Source: a virus
Lineage: Duplodnaviria; Caudoviricetes
Virus record (IMG/VR): IMGVR_UViG_3300037760_000130
Span: 1-52,887 of that record
DNA length: 52,887 nt
Strand: one strand, 5' to 3'
Made by a program: the position numbers and the translations under genes. The notes under the pieces were generated by a model. That model saw nothing but the letters and a program-made list of their open reading frames with translations. It did no database searches and was not told where the DNA came from. Of this stretch, positions 1 through 8,700 are shown piece after piece. Every line of letters begins with the position of its first letter. The first letter of the stretch is position 1.

Positions 1-127
1 GGTCCCGTTTACGTGTGAGCTTCATCCGGTTCTTCTCCGGCGGGGTTGTGTGTTCCGCTATCGACGGTATGATAGCATCGCGTAGGCGATTCGGCAAACG
101 TGCGCATCCGCTTCGGCTCGATGGTCG
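1..127. repeat. Terminal direct repeat (127 bp), identical to 52761-52887; circular-assembly overlap
   Basis: GGTCCCGTTTACGTG...GGCTCGATGGTCG occurs at both ends. 127 bp equals a common assembler k-mer size. Confidence 0.95.
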
Positions 128-240
128 CGCTGCTCTTGCAGCTCGCGGTGGCCTCGATCCCGGCGGCGCTCATCCTGGCCATCATCGGCGCCCCGCTCGC
201 GGCCGTGGTCGCCGGGTTGTTCACGTCGCTGGGAATCTGA
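100..240 (+). CDS. Small hydrophobic membrane protein (not in ORF track)
   Basis: (V)RIRFGSMVALLLQLAVASIPAALILAIIGAPLAAVVAGLFTSLGI*; start uncertain (GTG 100 or ATG 121). Confidence 0.4.
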   Translation: MRIRFGSMVALLLQLAVASIPAALILAIIGAPLAAVVAGLFTSLGI

Positions 241-284
241 AGAAATCTTAACCGTACCTTCGGGTGTCTTCGGGTTTTAGCCCC

Positions 285-313
285 TTGTCGTACTAATAGC
301 CCTCAGCTATACT
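285..313 (+). promoter_or_regulatory. Sigma70-type promoter driving the plus-strand cassette
   Basis: TTGTCG(285-290)-17 nt-TATACT(308-313) in an AT-rich patch, about 50 nt upstream of ORF 364. Confidence 0.7.
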
Positions 314-363
314 ATAAGCACAAGGCGGACGATGGAGCCGCCGACGAACCGAGGGGCAGGACG

Positions 364-777
364 ATGAGCGACCGGACCGAGACGATCCGCTGGAGCCTGA
401 GCAACGGAGCCGAGGCCACGGTGACGGTGAGCCTCAAGCGCGCGACGCGGCACCTGGGGACCAACGGGCACACGGGCGAAGCGATCACCCGCGACGAAGG
501 GCTGGAGATAGAGGTCGAGGGCCGCGCTGAGGGCCATGGCACGCTGGGCAACAGCTATACCGAGCGCGACATCTCCGAAGCGCACCGCGCGAGCGGGGTG
601 GTGGGCACGGTGGGCCGGCTGGCCGTCAAGACAGCGCAGGCCGAGCAGATCAAGGCCGCGATCGCCCGCCTGGAGGCCGACCCTGAGTACGCGAAACAGC
701 AAGCGCGCCGCCGTGAGGCTGACGCGCGCTCGCAGGCCGATAGAGACTCCCGCCGCCGTATCGAGCGGACATCCTGA
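364..777 (+). CDS. Hypothetical protein (137 aa)
   Basis: Purine-rich RBS (GAGGGGCAGGA) before ATG; natural composition; C-terminal charged helix. Confidence 0.75.
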   Translation: MSDRTETIRWSLSNGAEATVTVSLKRATRHLGTNGHTGEAITRDEGLEIEVEGRAEGHGTLGNSYTERDISEAHRASGVVGTVGRLAVKTAQAEQIKAAIARLEADPEYAKQQARRREADARSQADRDSRRRIERTS

Positions 778-799
778 CCCACCAACCGGAGCCTACCCG

Positions 800-1288
800 A
801 TGACCACCGAGACAATCAGCCTCACCGGCTACGCCGTCGCGCTCGAGGTCCGCCGCACGGAGACCGGCACCTACGAGATCCCCGGCGCCGCCGAGCCCGA
901 GGACTGGCACGAGGTCCGCACGGCGCTCGACGACCCAGTCATCACCGAGCATGGGGCCTTGGTGGGCTGGGGGCCCTGGGAGCATGTCGCACAAGTTGAG
1001 GACCAGGATGGCCTGACGCGCTGGTATTTCCTAGCGCGTGACTGGCCGACCACCCTCGCCGACCGACTCCGCGAGGCACGCCACATGCGCGGCCTCACGC
1101 AGATCGAGGTCGGCGAGGCCACCGGCATTGCGCAGAACGTCGTGAGCGCCTACGAGCGGGGCGCGCGGCGGCCGGAGCTGGACGCGCTCACCCGGCTCGC
1201 GGACTGCTACGGCGTAACGCTGGACTGGCTGGCGGGGCGGGACGCGCCCTGCCGCACCACCGCCTCGATCCCCTTGCCGAGCGAGTAG
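800..1288 (+). CDS. XRE-family HTH protein with N-terminal unknown domain
   Basis: ATG 800 (MTTETIS); C-terminal RLREARHMRGLTQIEVGEATGIAQNVVSAYERGARRPELDALTRLADCYGVTLDWL is a typical Cro/C1 HTH. Confidence 0.85.
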   Translation: MTTETISLTGYAVALEVRRTETGTYEIPGAAEPEDWHEVRTALDDPVITEHGALVGWGPWEHVAQVEDQDGLTRWYFLARDWPTTLADRLREARHMRGLTQIEVGEATGIAQNVVSAYERGARRPELDALTRLADCYGVTLDWLAGRDAPCRTTASIPLPSE

Positions 1289-1848
1289 CCCACCGCAGCC
1301 GCAACCACGCGCTCGCCCCAAGTCTCGAGGAACCCGCGCCCCTTCGTGTCGCCCGCCGCCGCCTCCAGCGAGGCGATCAACTCATCGCGCACCGCAAGCG
1401 CCCGGTCGCGCTCGGCAATCTGCCCGGCCTGGCTGCGGATCACGGAATCCTGGCTCGCCATCGCCCGCCGCAGCGCGGATACCTCGCCAGCGTGCTCGGC
1501 CTCCAGCTCGGCCACCGCCACCCGGATCGCGGTCGTGTCCGGCGCATGCACGATGCGCTCGACGATCTCCGGGCGCCTGCGAGCGGACACCTCGGCCACG
1601 GAGTCGGCCCGAGAACGTGCTTGGCGGGCTTCGGCCGCTGCGTGGACCGCCTGGCTGTCCGCGCGCGCTCTGGCGGCGTCCTGGGCTTCGACGACCGCCC
1701 GCAGCGATTTGGCGCGTGCCTGGTGGAACTCCGCGCGGCCCTGAGCCACGAGCCGGTCACGCCATTGGTCGACGGCGAGCCAGGACGTGACGCCGCTGAT
1801 AGCGACCAGCGCGAGCGGCCAGAGGCGGGCGAGGGAGCGCGGGGTCAC
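1207..1848 (-). CDS. Spanin/Rz-like coiled-coil membrane protein
   Basis: GTG start overlaps amidase stop; N-terminal TM (LWPLALVAISGVTSWLAV), long Ala-rich coiled coil, hydrophobic C-terminal segment; directly after endolysin. Confidence 0.55.
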   Translation of the reverse strand: MTPRSLARLWPLALVAISGVTSWLAVDQWRDRLVAQGRAEFHQARAKSLRAVVEAQDAARARADSQAVHAAAEARQARSRADSVAEVSARRRPEIVERIVHAPDTTAIRVAVAELEAEHAGEVSALRRAMASQDSVIRSQAGQIAERDRALAVRDELIASLEAAAGDTKGRGFLETWGERVVAAAVGYSLGKGIEAVVRQGASRPASQSSVTP

Positions 1849-2345
1849 GCACCCTCCGGCCGGAAGTCCTCCAGCATCGCGTACACCAGATCGCCCGGAC
1901 ACGTCGTCGAGCCCACGTCCCGATGGCCCTGGAGCGTGTAGTCGGTCGCGATGTAACCCAGCCGCACGCCGTCCTCGATCAGCCAGCGCACGGAGTCGAT
2001 CGCGTCTTTCGTAGGCTCGTGCTGCTGCCCGTCGATGGCGAGCGCGATGCCGTAGGTCGTCTCGTTATGCCCGCTGGCATGCGCGCCGATCCGTTCCCAG
2101 CCGCGGCCTTCAAAAATCCGCCCGGACTGGCAGACGATCCAGTGATACCCTATCCCCGCCCAGCCGTTGACCTCGGCGTGGTGCCGCTCGACGCCCTGGA
2201 TCGCGCGGATCTCCGCAGCGCCACCGGCCCCGCAGGCCACGTCCGGCACGCCGAAATGGTGGATCACGACGCCCTCACGCGCGCCGCGTAGCTCGGTCCC
2301 GCGCCCGTGCTGGGCGCCCCACTCGGCGCGGCTGATCACGTGCAC
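1845..2345 (-). CDS. Endolysin, N-acetylmuramoyl-L-alanine amidase (PGRP/Amidase_2 type)
   Basis: ISRAEWGA, VVIHH, GWAGIGYHW, IFEGRGW, GAHA, GHRDVGSTTCPG motifs. Confidence 0.95.
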   Translation of the reverse strand: MHVISRAEWGAQHGRGTELRGAREGVVIHHFGVPDVACGAGGAAEIRAIQGVERHHAEVNGWAGIGYHWIVCQSGRIFEGRGWERIGAHASGHNETTYGIALAIDGQQHEPTKDAIDSVRWLIEDGVRLGYIATDYTLQGHRDVGSTTCPGDLVYAMLEDFRPEGA

Positions 2346-2346
2346 G

Positions 2347-2490
2347 TCAGACCGCCGCGTAGCACGCGATCAGCAGCGCGCACGCCGGCACCGATGCGGC
2401 CATCGGGACGTTGGCGAATTGCTCCAGCGCCCAGCATACGGCCAGCACGAGCAAGAACAGCACCAGCGTCAGGATCAGCTTGTTCTGCAT
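2347..2490 (-). CDS. Small two-TM membrane protein (holin-like candidate)
   Basis: GGAGG RBS then MQNKLILTLVLFLLVLAVCWALEQFANVPMAASVPACALLIACYAAV. Confidence 0.55.
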   Translation of the reverse strand: MQNKLILTLVLFLLVLAVCWALEQFANVPMAASVPACALLIACYAAV

Positions 2491-2516
2491 GGTCGAATCC
2501 TCCAAGTCGGAAAGGG

Positions 2517-2891
2517 TCACGAGTCCTCCGGTTTCCCGCCGTAGCGCATCTTGAGCGCGGCCTTCACCACGTCCTTGCCCATCGCGACCGTGAGCGTCAT
2601 GACCACGAGCCAGACATAGGGCGACGTGATCCCCGGCGCGTCGGTACAGGTCCGCACGCCCTCGCTGATAAAGCAGTCGGGCCGGGTCAGGTAGAATCCC
2701 CACCACAGCTCGGCAGCAAGCGCAACGAAGAAACCCCACGAGACGAGTACCTTCGAATTACTCGGCGTCCCGTCCGGGCCGTACAGGTCGAGCGTGTAAT
2801 AGACCCAGGCCACCAGACCCACGTCGCGGATCCGCGGATACTCGACCATGCCGTGCTTGACGGGCTCGGCGGGCTGGGGCGTTCCGCTCAC
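2517..2891 (-). CDS. Membrane protein (holin candidate)
   Basis: 2-3 hydrophobic segments, basic C-terminus, within lysis region. Confidence 0.55.
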   Translation of the reverse strand: MSGTPQPAEPVKHGMVEYPRIRDVGLVAWVYYTLDLYGPDGTPSNSKVLVSWGFFVALAAELWWGFYLTRPDCFISEGVRTCTDAPGITSPYVWLVVMTLTVAMGKDVVKAALKMRYGGKPEDS

Positions 2892-2916
2892 GTCATCACC
2901 TCCGGCACCATGCGCA

Positions 2917-3372
2917 TCAGCCGCCCACGCCGAGCGCGTACAGCGCCACGAGGATCGCGACCACCGAGGTGACCGTACTCACCAGCGTGGCCACGCCGCC
3001 CCACTGCACGCGCCCCTCGCGGGCCTGGATCGTGTCCAGCGGGCGCAGCGCTCGCCGGATCTCGGTCAGTTCCATCCGAAAATCGTCCATCGACGTGTGT
3101 ATGCGCTCCAGCGCGTTCTCGACCAGCCGTATTTTCGTGATCAGCCCGTCCGAGTCGCCGTTGCGCCCCTGGAGTATCACCGCGTGTCGGTCCAGCTCGC
3201 GCCGCAGCTCCATCTGGGTCGAGACGCCCTGGCGCACCGCGACCTCGGTCGCCTGCACCGACTGCCGCGTCGCGTCGGCCACCTCGATCAGGCGCTCCAT
3301 CTCGCGCGTCACGAGATCGTCCCCCGGCGGGTCCGGGTGCTGCGGCGGGGACCGCCCCGGCTGCGCATTCAC
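2917..3372 (-). CDS. Coiled-coil protein with C-terminal TM (lysis-cassette type)
   Basis: Heptad-rich body, C-terminal WGGVATLVSTVTSVVAILVALYALGV. Confidence 0.65.
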   Translation of the reverse strand: MNAQPGRSPPQHPDPPGDDLVTREMERLIEVADATRQSVQATEVAVRQGVSTQMELRRELDRHAVILQGRNGDSDGLITKIRLVENALERIHTSMDDFRMELTEIRRALRPLDTIQAREGRVQWGGVATLVSTVTSVVAILVALYALGVGG

Positions 3373-3435
3373 GGACCGCCTGCGCAGCGACGATGACCTC
3401 GACCATCCGAGCCTCCAGCCGCCGTATGAGTGTGA

Positions 3436-3771
3436 TCATCTCTCACTGTCATCCTCCGCCGCGCGTTCGGGTTTCCGTCCTCTTGGGAATTCCGCGTCCG
3501 CCTCTTCTTGCAGGATCGCCTGTAGCCGCGTGTTCGCCTCGCCCAGCTCGTCGGCCGCCTCCAGCGTCCGACGCATGCCCGCCTGCCACCGTTCCTCGAT
3601 CGTGGCCTCCAGCGCCAGCGCGCGCGCCTCGATCATCCGATGCACGTCATGCCGCAGGACCTGGCGTGCCCGCCAGAGCAGCAGGAGCAGCACGAAGCAG
3701 AGCCCCACCAGGATCACGTCGATGGGCTCCCATACGGCCAGGTAGTTGGCGATTAAGTCGGGCGTATCCAT
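3436..3771 (-). CDS. Membrane-anchored hypothetical protein
   Basis: N-terminal TM (VILVGLCFVLLLLLW) followed by coiled coil. Confidence 0.6.
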   Translation of the reverse strand: MDTPDLIANYLAVWEPIDVILVGLCFVLLLLLWRARQVLRHDVHRMIEARALALEATIEERWQAGMRRTLEAADELGEANTRLQAILQEEADAEFPRGRKPERAAEDDSER

Positions 3772-3780
3772 GGCATCGTC

Positions 3781-3990
3781 TCAGTCATCCGGCGAGGGTT
3801 CATGCCGCCCAGCCCAGTTCCGCGCCACGCCCTCGCCACCGATCGAGAGGACGCCACCGCCCGAGGCCGCCATGAAGGCGTAGATCGCGACGGTCGTGTG
3901 CTCGGGCTCCTTGAGCAGCACGCCGATCGCCAGCACGAAGGCGAGCACGATCGCGAGCACGGTCACACGGGTCCGCTGTCGGGAGTTCAC
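3781..3990 (-). CDS. Small two-TM membrane protein (holin candidate)
   Basis: GTG start overlapping upstream stop; MNSRQRTRVTVLAIVLAFVLAIGVLL...VAIYAFMAASGGGVLSIGG. Confidence 0.55.
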   Translation of the reverse strand: MNSRQRTRVTVLAIVLAFVLAIGVLLKEPEHTTVAIYAFMAASGGGVLSIGGEGVARNWAGRHEPSPDD

Positions 3991-4826
3991 GAGCCCGGCA
4001 GCGCAGAGACGAGCAGGATCGGTGAGCCCGGCTCCTCCGCGAGCCAGACCTCCCAGCACGCCTGCTCGCCCTCCAGCGGGATCGCCGTGTGCAGCGGGCC
4101 CGGCTCGAGCACCACGCCCGTTTCCCAGCCGGCGCGTAGCCGCTGCCCGTCACGCCAGTGATATTGGCACAGCGTGAGGTTCTGACCGAGCGCCGTAGCG
4201 TGGAGCTGGCCCGGCTCGAGCTCCGTCAAGTACTCGCTCGTCGACATCACCACGAGCTCGTCCGAATCGGGCGGCGGCACGCTCACCGTGTCGAGCGGGT
4301 CGACGCCGGGAGGGCCGGGCGGGCTGGCAGGGCACTCGCGCTCGACCTGGACGGGCTGTGCGTTGCCCCATGCCGCGACCGAATCCGCCGGCCACGTGCC
4401 GATGGCTCGGACCCTCGCGCCGTACCATGTCAGTTCGCTCTCGCAGTCGATCGGCCAGCGGATGATGACCACAATGCGTGCCTGCGCCCCGCTGTAGGTT
4501 CCGGACGTGAGCTGGACGTCCCATTCGCCGTCCAGGTCGAGCACGCTGTCGGCGCTCTGGCCGAGCTGCCACTCGTAGCCGGTGATCTCGCTGTTGCGTG
4601 CGGCACGCTGGGGCGCCGTCCACTGCAACCGGAACTGCACCGTGTCCTCGCCGACCTCCTGGGCGCGCAGCCGCACGTTGCGTACATCGGTCGCGGCGTC
4701 GCCTCGCGACGCCTGGGCGGTGCCCGGCGTCCACGCCGCCAGCGCGGCACCTACGGGCCAGCACAGCAGGGCGAGGGCGATCAGGCCGTGTCGGATCAGA
4801 GCTCTTCGATTTCGCATCGTGTCCAT
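3987..4826 (-). CDS. Secreted protein with Fn3-like domain
   Basis: Signal peptide (RRALIRHGLIALALLCWPVGAALAA); RLQWTAP...ITGYEW...WYGARVRAI is an Fn3-like pattern; Pro-rich linker. Confidence 0.6.
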   Translation of the reverse strand: MDTMRNRRALIRHGLIALALLCWPVGAALAAWTPGTAQASRGDAATDVRNVRLRAQEVGEDTVQFRLQWTAPQRAARNSEITGYEWQLGQSADSVLDLDGEWDVQLTSGTYSGAQARIVVIIRWPIDCESELTWYGARVRAIGTWPADSVAAWGNAQPVQVERECPASPPGPPGVDPLDTVSVPPPDSDELVVMSTSEYLTELEPGQLHATALGQNLTLCQYHWRDGQRLRAGWETGVVLEPGPLHTAIPLEGEQACWEVWLAEEPGSPILLVSALPGS

Positions 4827-5248
4827 GCCTCGTTGTTGGTGGGGTTGTGGTCGTAGCGGTCTTCGTCGGGCTCGATTCGAGCCCCGAGCCAGAGTGCGGC
4901 GCCCTCGAGCTCGGCAGGCAATGCTACCGACGGGCTGAGCGTCGCCTGAGCGGGCATCTGATCATCGAACACGACCTGCGCGTCGAACGCCGAACGGTCG
5001 GCGGCCAGCACGAGCACCGCCCGGTAGCCCACTTCGATGTCCAGCCCGCGCGAGGCGACGGGCACCTCGATCTGGACGTACCGCGCGGTATCCTGGCCCT
5101 CCTCTTCCTCCCACACGTGGCACGCGAGCGCGCCGAGGTAGAGGTCGGGCGGGACCTGTCCCGCGAGGTTGCCTGGAGCAGCGGTGACCATCAGCGCGGC
5201 CGCTGCGGCCGCCATTGTTGCCAATCTCCGGGTGCGCATCTTCGTCAC
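4796..5248 (-). CDS. Secreted protein, CARDB/Ig-like domain
   Basis: Signal peptide (MRTRRLATMAAAAAALMVTAAPGNLAG-Q); PDLYL start and EPDEDRYDHNPTNN end resemble CARDB. Confidence 0.55.
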   Translation of the reverse strand: MTKMRTRRLATMAAAAAALMVTAAPGNLAGQVPPDLYLGALACHVWEEEEGQDTARYVQIEVPVASRGLDIEVGYRAVLVLAADRSAFDAQVVFDDQMPAQATLSPSVALPAELEGAALWLGARIEPDEDRYDHNPTNNEAWTRCEIEEL

Positions 5249-5790
5249 CTCCCAAGCAGGTAGAGGGGGTCGTCAGGGTCGAGCAGCTCCCCGAGCGCGA
5301 GCAGGTAGAACGCGCACGGTGTCTGGCGCCCGGCCCGCCACGAGGCCACCGTCGTGTGGCTCACGCCGAGCGCGTGCGCGATTTCGATGTTGGCGAGGCC
5401 GGACGACTCCACCGCGACCCGGATCCGACGCGCGACGCCGCGCTCCCATGCCTCCATGTCGACCGGCTTCCACGTGCGCCCGTCCTCGGTATCGCGGTAG
5501 CCGGCGCCCTCATGTCGTTGGGCAGACAGGGCGCGAACGCACCCTCCGCAGAGGTCGGGGTCATCCAGCCCCACGAGTCCATCCAATCGCATCGTGGGCT
5601 CGAGCCCGCAGCCGGTCAGCGCAGCGTCGGCTGCCGCGAGCGCGTGAAGCTGCGAGCCCTGCCCGATCACGCACGCGGGCCAGCCCTCGTCGGTCTCGCG
5701 CGGCCGCGACGCCCAGCGCCGCAGCGCGGGATGATCAGCCAGGCGCCCGAGCGACGCCTTGAGCAGAGGTGCCACCCCGGCATCAGTCAT
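5245..5790 (-). CDS. XRE-family HTH protein with N-terminal Cys/His motif
   Basis: ATG overlaps tail gene stop; C-terminal SGLANIEIAHALGVSHTTVASWRAGRQTP HTH; N-terminal H...CG...CxxC. Confidence 0.75.
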   Translation of the reverse strand: MTDAGVAPLLKASLGRLADHPALRRWASRPRETDEGWPACVIGQGSQLHALAAADAALTGCGLEPTMRLDGLVGLDDPDLCGGCVRALSAQRHEGAGYRDTEDGRTWKPVDMEAWERGVARRIRVAVESSGLANIEIAHALGVSHTTVASWRAGRQTPCAFYLLALGELLDPDDPLYLLGR

Positions 5791-8700
5791 GACGACGGCT
5801 CCGGCGGGAAGGCTTCCTCTATGAGCAGCACGCGCCACGCACAGTCGACGTCGCGGATCGCGATGATCTGACCGGCGGTCACCATGCCCCGGCGCTTCGT
5901 CACGTAGTCCGGGAGCCACGAGAGGTCGATCGTCACCCAATCGCCGGCGCGCAGCTGCGATGTCACGCTGCGCATGACAGGCATCTCGATCGCTTGGGCG
6001 CCGTTTCTGAAGCGGTCGAAGACGTATCGCCTGCGATCAACCGCGAGCGGGTAGCCTATCTCGTCGGTCACGAACGTGAGGGGATTGCCCTCTTCGTTGC
6101 CCACGGCCGCGAAGGCGATCCCCTCGTACGTGACGTCTTGCTCGCTGTGTTTCCGAATCGACTCTTGGTCTCTGAAGATGTGCGAGACCTCGCGTTCGAC
6201 GATCGCATCAATCGACGTCGGGTCGTCCGGGTCCGGATACCATCTCGGGTACTTGAACGTCAGGAGGTTCACGATCCGCTCGCCGGCGTCCCAGTCTGGC
6301 GTCGGCTCGGTCACCGCGTTCGTCACAGGCACCAGGCCATCGAAGTCTTCCGGCGGAACCTGAGAGACGGGACTTATCCTCAGGTCGCGGTCGAGCGCCG
6401 GCACCCAGCCCGTCGGCCCGTAGATGTGTCTCTCGGTCCAGTCGCGCAGGTTGTCGATCGACTCCGTCAAGCGGAGTTGCACCGGGTCCGTCATCTGCTC
6501 GAGCGCGACCGGGTCGTAGCCGATGCCTGTCGGCACCACCTCGTCGGTCACGGGATCACGCGGGCTGTGCTCGCCATCGTACAGCTGCCTGAGCAACTCA
6601 CCGGTCGTCAGCCCATCCACCAGATACGGGAACTGTTCCGAGGTCGGCCCCTGGTAGAGAATCATGATCTCTACGGCCTCGGAGTCTGTGGGCACTTCCT
6701 CGCCTGGGCGCATGCCGACGTTCACCCGGTCGATCTCCTGCCCCACCACCGCAGCTACTTCGCCCGTGCCTGTGAGCATAAGCGCGGGAAGGTTCGGATC
6801 CAGGCCGGCCAGGTTGCCGCCGACCCAAGCGGGGCCCTCGAGGGTTCGCCAGTCCGCCTCGCCCTCACCGGCGTAGCGCCACATCAGCGTCACGTTCGGG
6901 AAGCTCCCGGCTACGCCGTTGCCTTCGGGAGGCGTGAAAAAGTCTCCGTTCGCCTCGAACGCGGCAGCGTCCTTCGTGGGCTGGGTCAGCACGATGTCGC
7001 TCGGCGAGAGCGCGTTGAAGACGACACGCGTGGACCCATCCACCGTCACGACCGTCGAGTGGACCGCTGTCGCCGACACCGGCCCCGCGATGGCTGGCAC
7101 CAGGTACGACCCGTCCGTGCGCTGGCCCCAACCAGGCCCCTCCGATAGGCCAGGCGGCAGGATCGCCCATTGGTCCGGCTCGGTGAACGCCCGCACCTTC
7201 CGCTCGGTCTCGCGTGTGTCGCGGATCGTCCATCGGTACGCGGCGAAGCTTCCGTCCATGCGAGGCGAGGACGCGGGCCCGTCCGCGATCACGACCCAGC
7301 CCAACTCGTCAGAGATGAATCGGATCAGCCGACAGCGGCGGCCGTGGATGGCTGTGATGCCACCCTCGCTCAACCGTTCGGTCAGCCAGCCGGAACCCTG
7401 GTCACCGACCGTCTGGTTCTTGTCGACGACGATGACCTCGACCTGGCCGATCGTGGCCGCACCCTGCACCACGTCGATCTCTTGCTCGCCGTAGTGCTCG
7501 GGCAGACAGAGGTACGGCTGGACGTGGTCCGTGTCGGTGCCCACTTCCCAAGCCACCGTCAGCCGGTCCTCGTCGTAGACCTGGAGCACGAGCGTGCAGG
7601 GAGCGCCTTCCTGGGGCGGCTGATGGAGCGGCGGCTCGTCGGGCTCGATCTCGAGCGGCTCTCCCGGTTCGAGCGGCAGGATCGACGAGCTCATGAACAC
7701 GCGGGCTCCGTTAGGCCGGACGCCCTGCGCGAGCTGGCGACTCACGAGCCCGACCGCGCCGGCCTGCATCGGGTCCGCCATCACGATGACCTCGTCGCTG
7801 TGCCAGTAGCCGGAAGCCGGCGGGTCCACGCCGATCCCGTCGACCCGCACCCGCACCCGAAGCCTGGTCATGTCCTCGCTGTCGGGCGCCTCGATACGTG
7901 CCCGGATGCAATACATCTCGTAGCGGCGCCCGCAGGTGCGGGCCGACTGAGGCAGGTGGCCGGGCTGGTTGCCGTGCCGCCACGGCATAAGCAGCCACGG
8001 CGTGCTGATCGTGACGCCGGGGTAGCGAGGGCGGCTGTGGCACGACTTCATGTACCACTTCCGGAGCGGCTGCAGGTCGGCCATTGTGCCGCCGCCCTCG
8101 ACGGTCCCTTCGCCACCGAGAGAGCCGATCACCTCGAACGACGTTTGGGCGGTGGAGCTCCGGCCGACTAGCCGCACCGTGCCCGACGTGCTGGTATACA
8201 GATCGTCGCAGCAGCCGATCGGCCAGGTCAGAAGATTCGTCATGACGAGCGCCAACCCTACGCGTTGGCTGTCCTGACCGGCCCCGAAGAACCCGATGCC
8301 CATGTCGATGCCTTCGGTGTCGTCCCGGCCCTGCACGCCCGCGAGCCCGCCTTCGCCGCTATAGACGTAGCAGCGCACGGTCACGTCGGCGCCCAGTGAG
8401 GCGGGCACGTCCAAGTCCGCGAAGAACGCCCAGCTGTGGCCTCTGAGCGCGCCGATCCCACCGTCCAAGCCACGTATCCATATGGGATCTCCCGGGTCGC
8501 CGAACAGCCCGCCCGTCTTGGCCTGGGTCCAGAGCTTGCCAAACCTGCCGTCGAGCGGATCACCGCCCCTGTGCGTCCACCAGCGCACGGCCTCGGCGTT
8601 GTCGACCGCGAATGTGAGCGAGGTCAGCACGCGATCGTTGACGGTGCTCGTGGCGCGCAGCCGGTAGTCGACGCCGTCCGTCAGGAGAGTTGTGTCGAGC

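Noticed and set aside
1-127. Terminal repeat as a biological DTR or att site
   Set aside because: Length matches an assembler k-mer and it cuts through the HTH gene start, so it is most likely a circularisation overlap.
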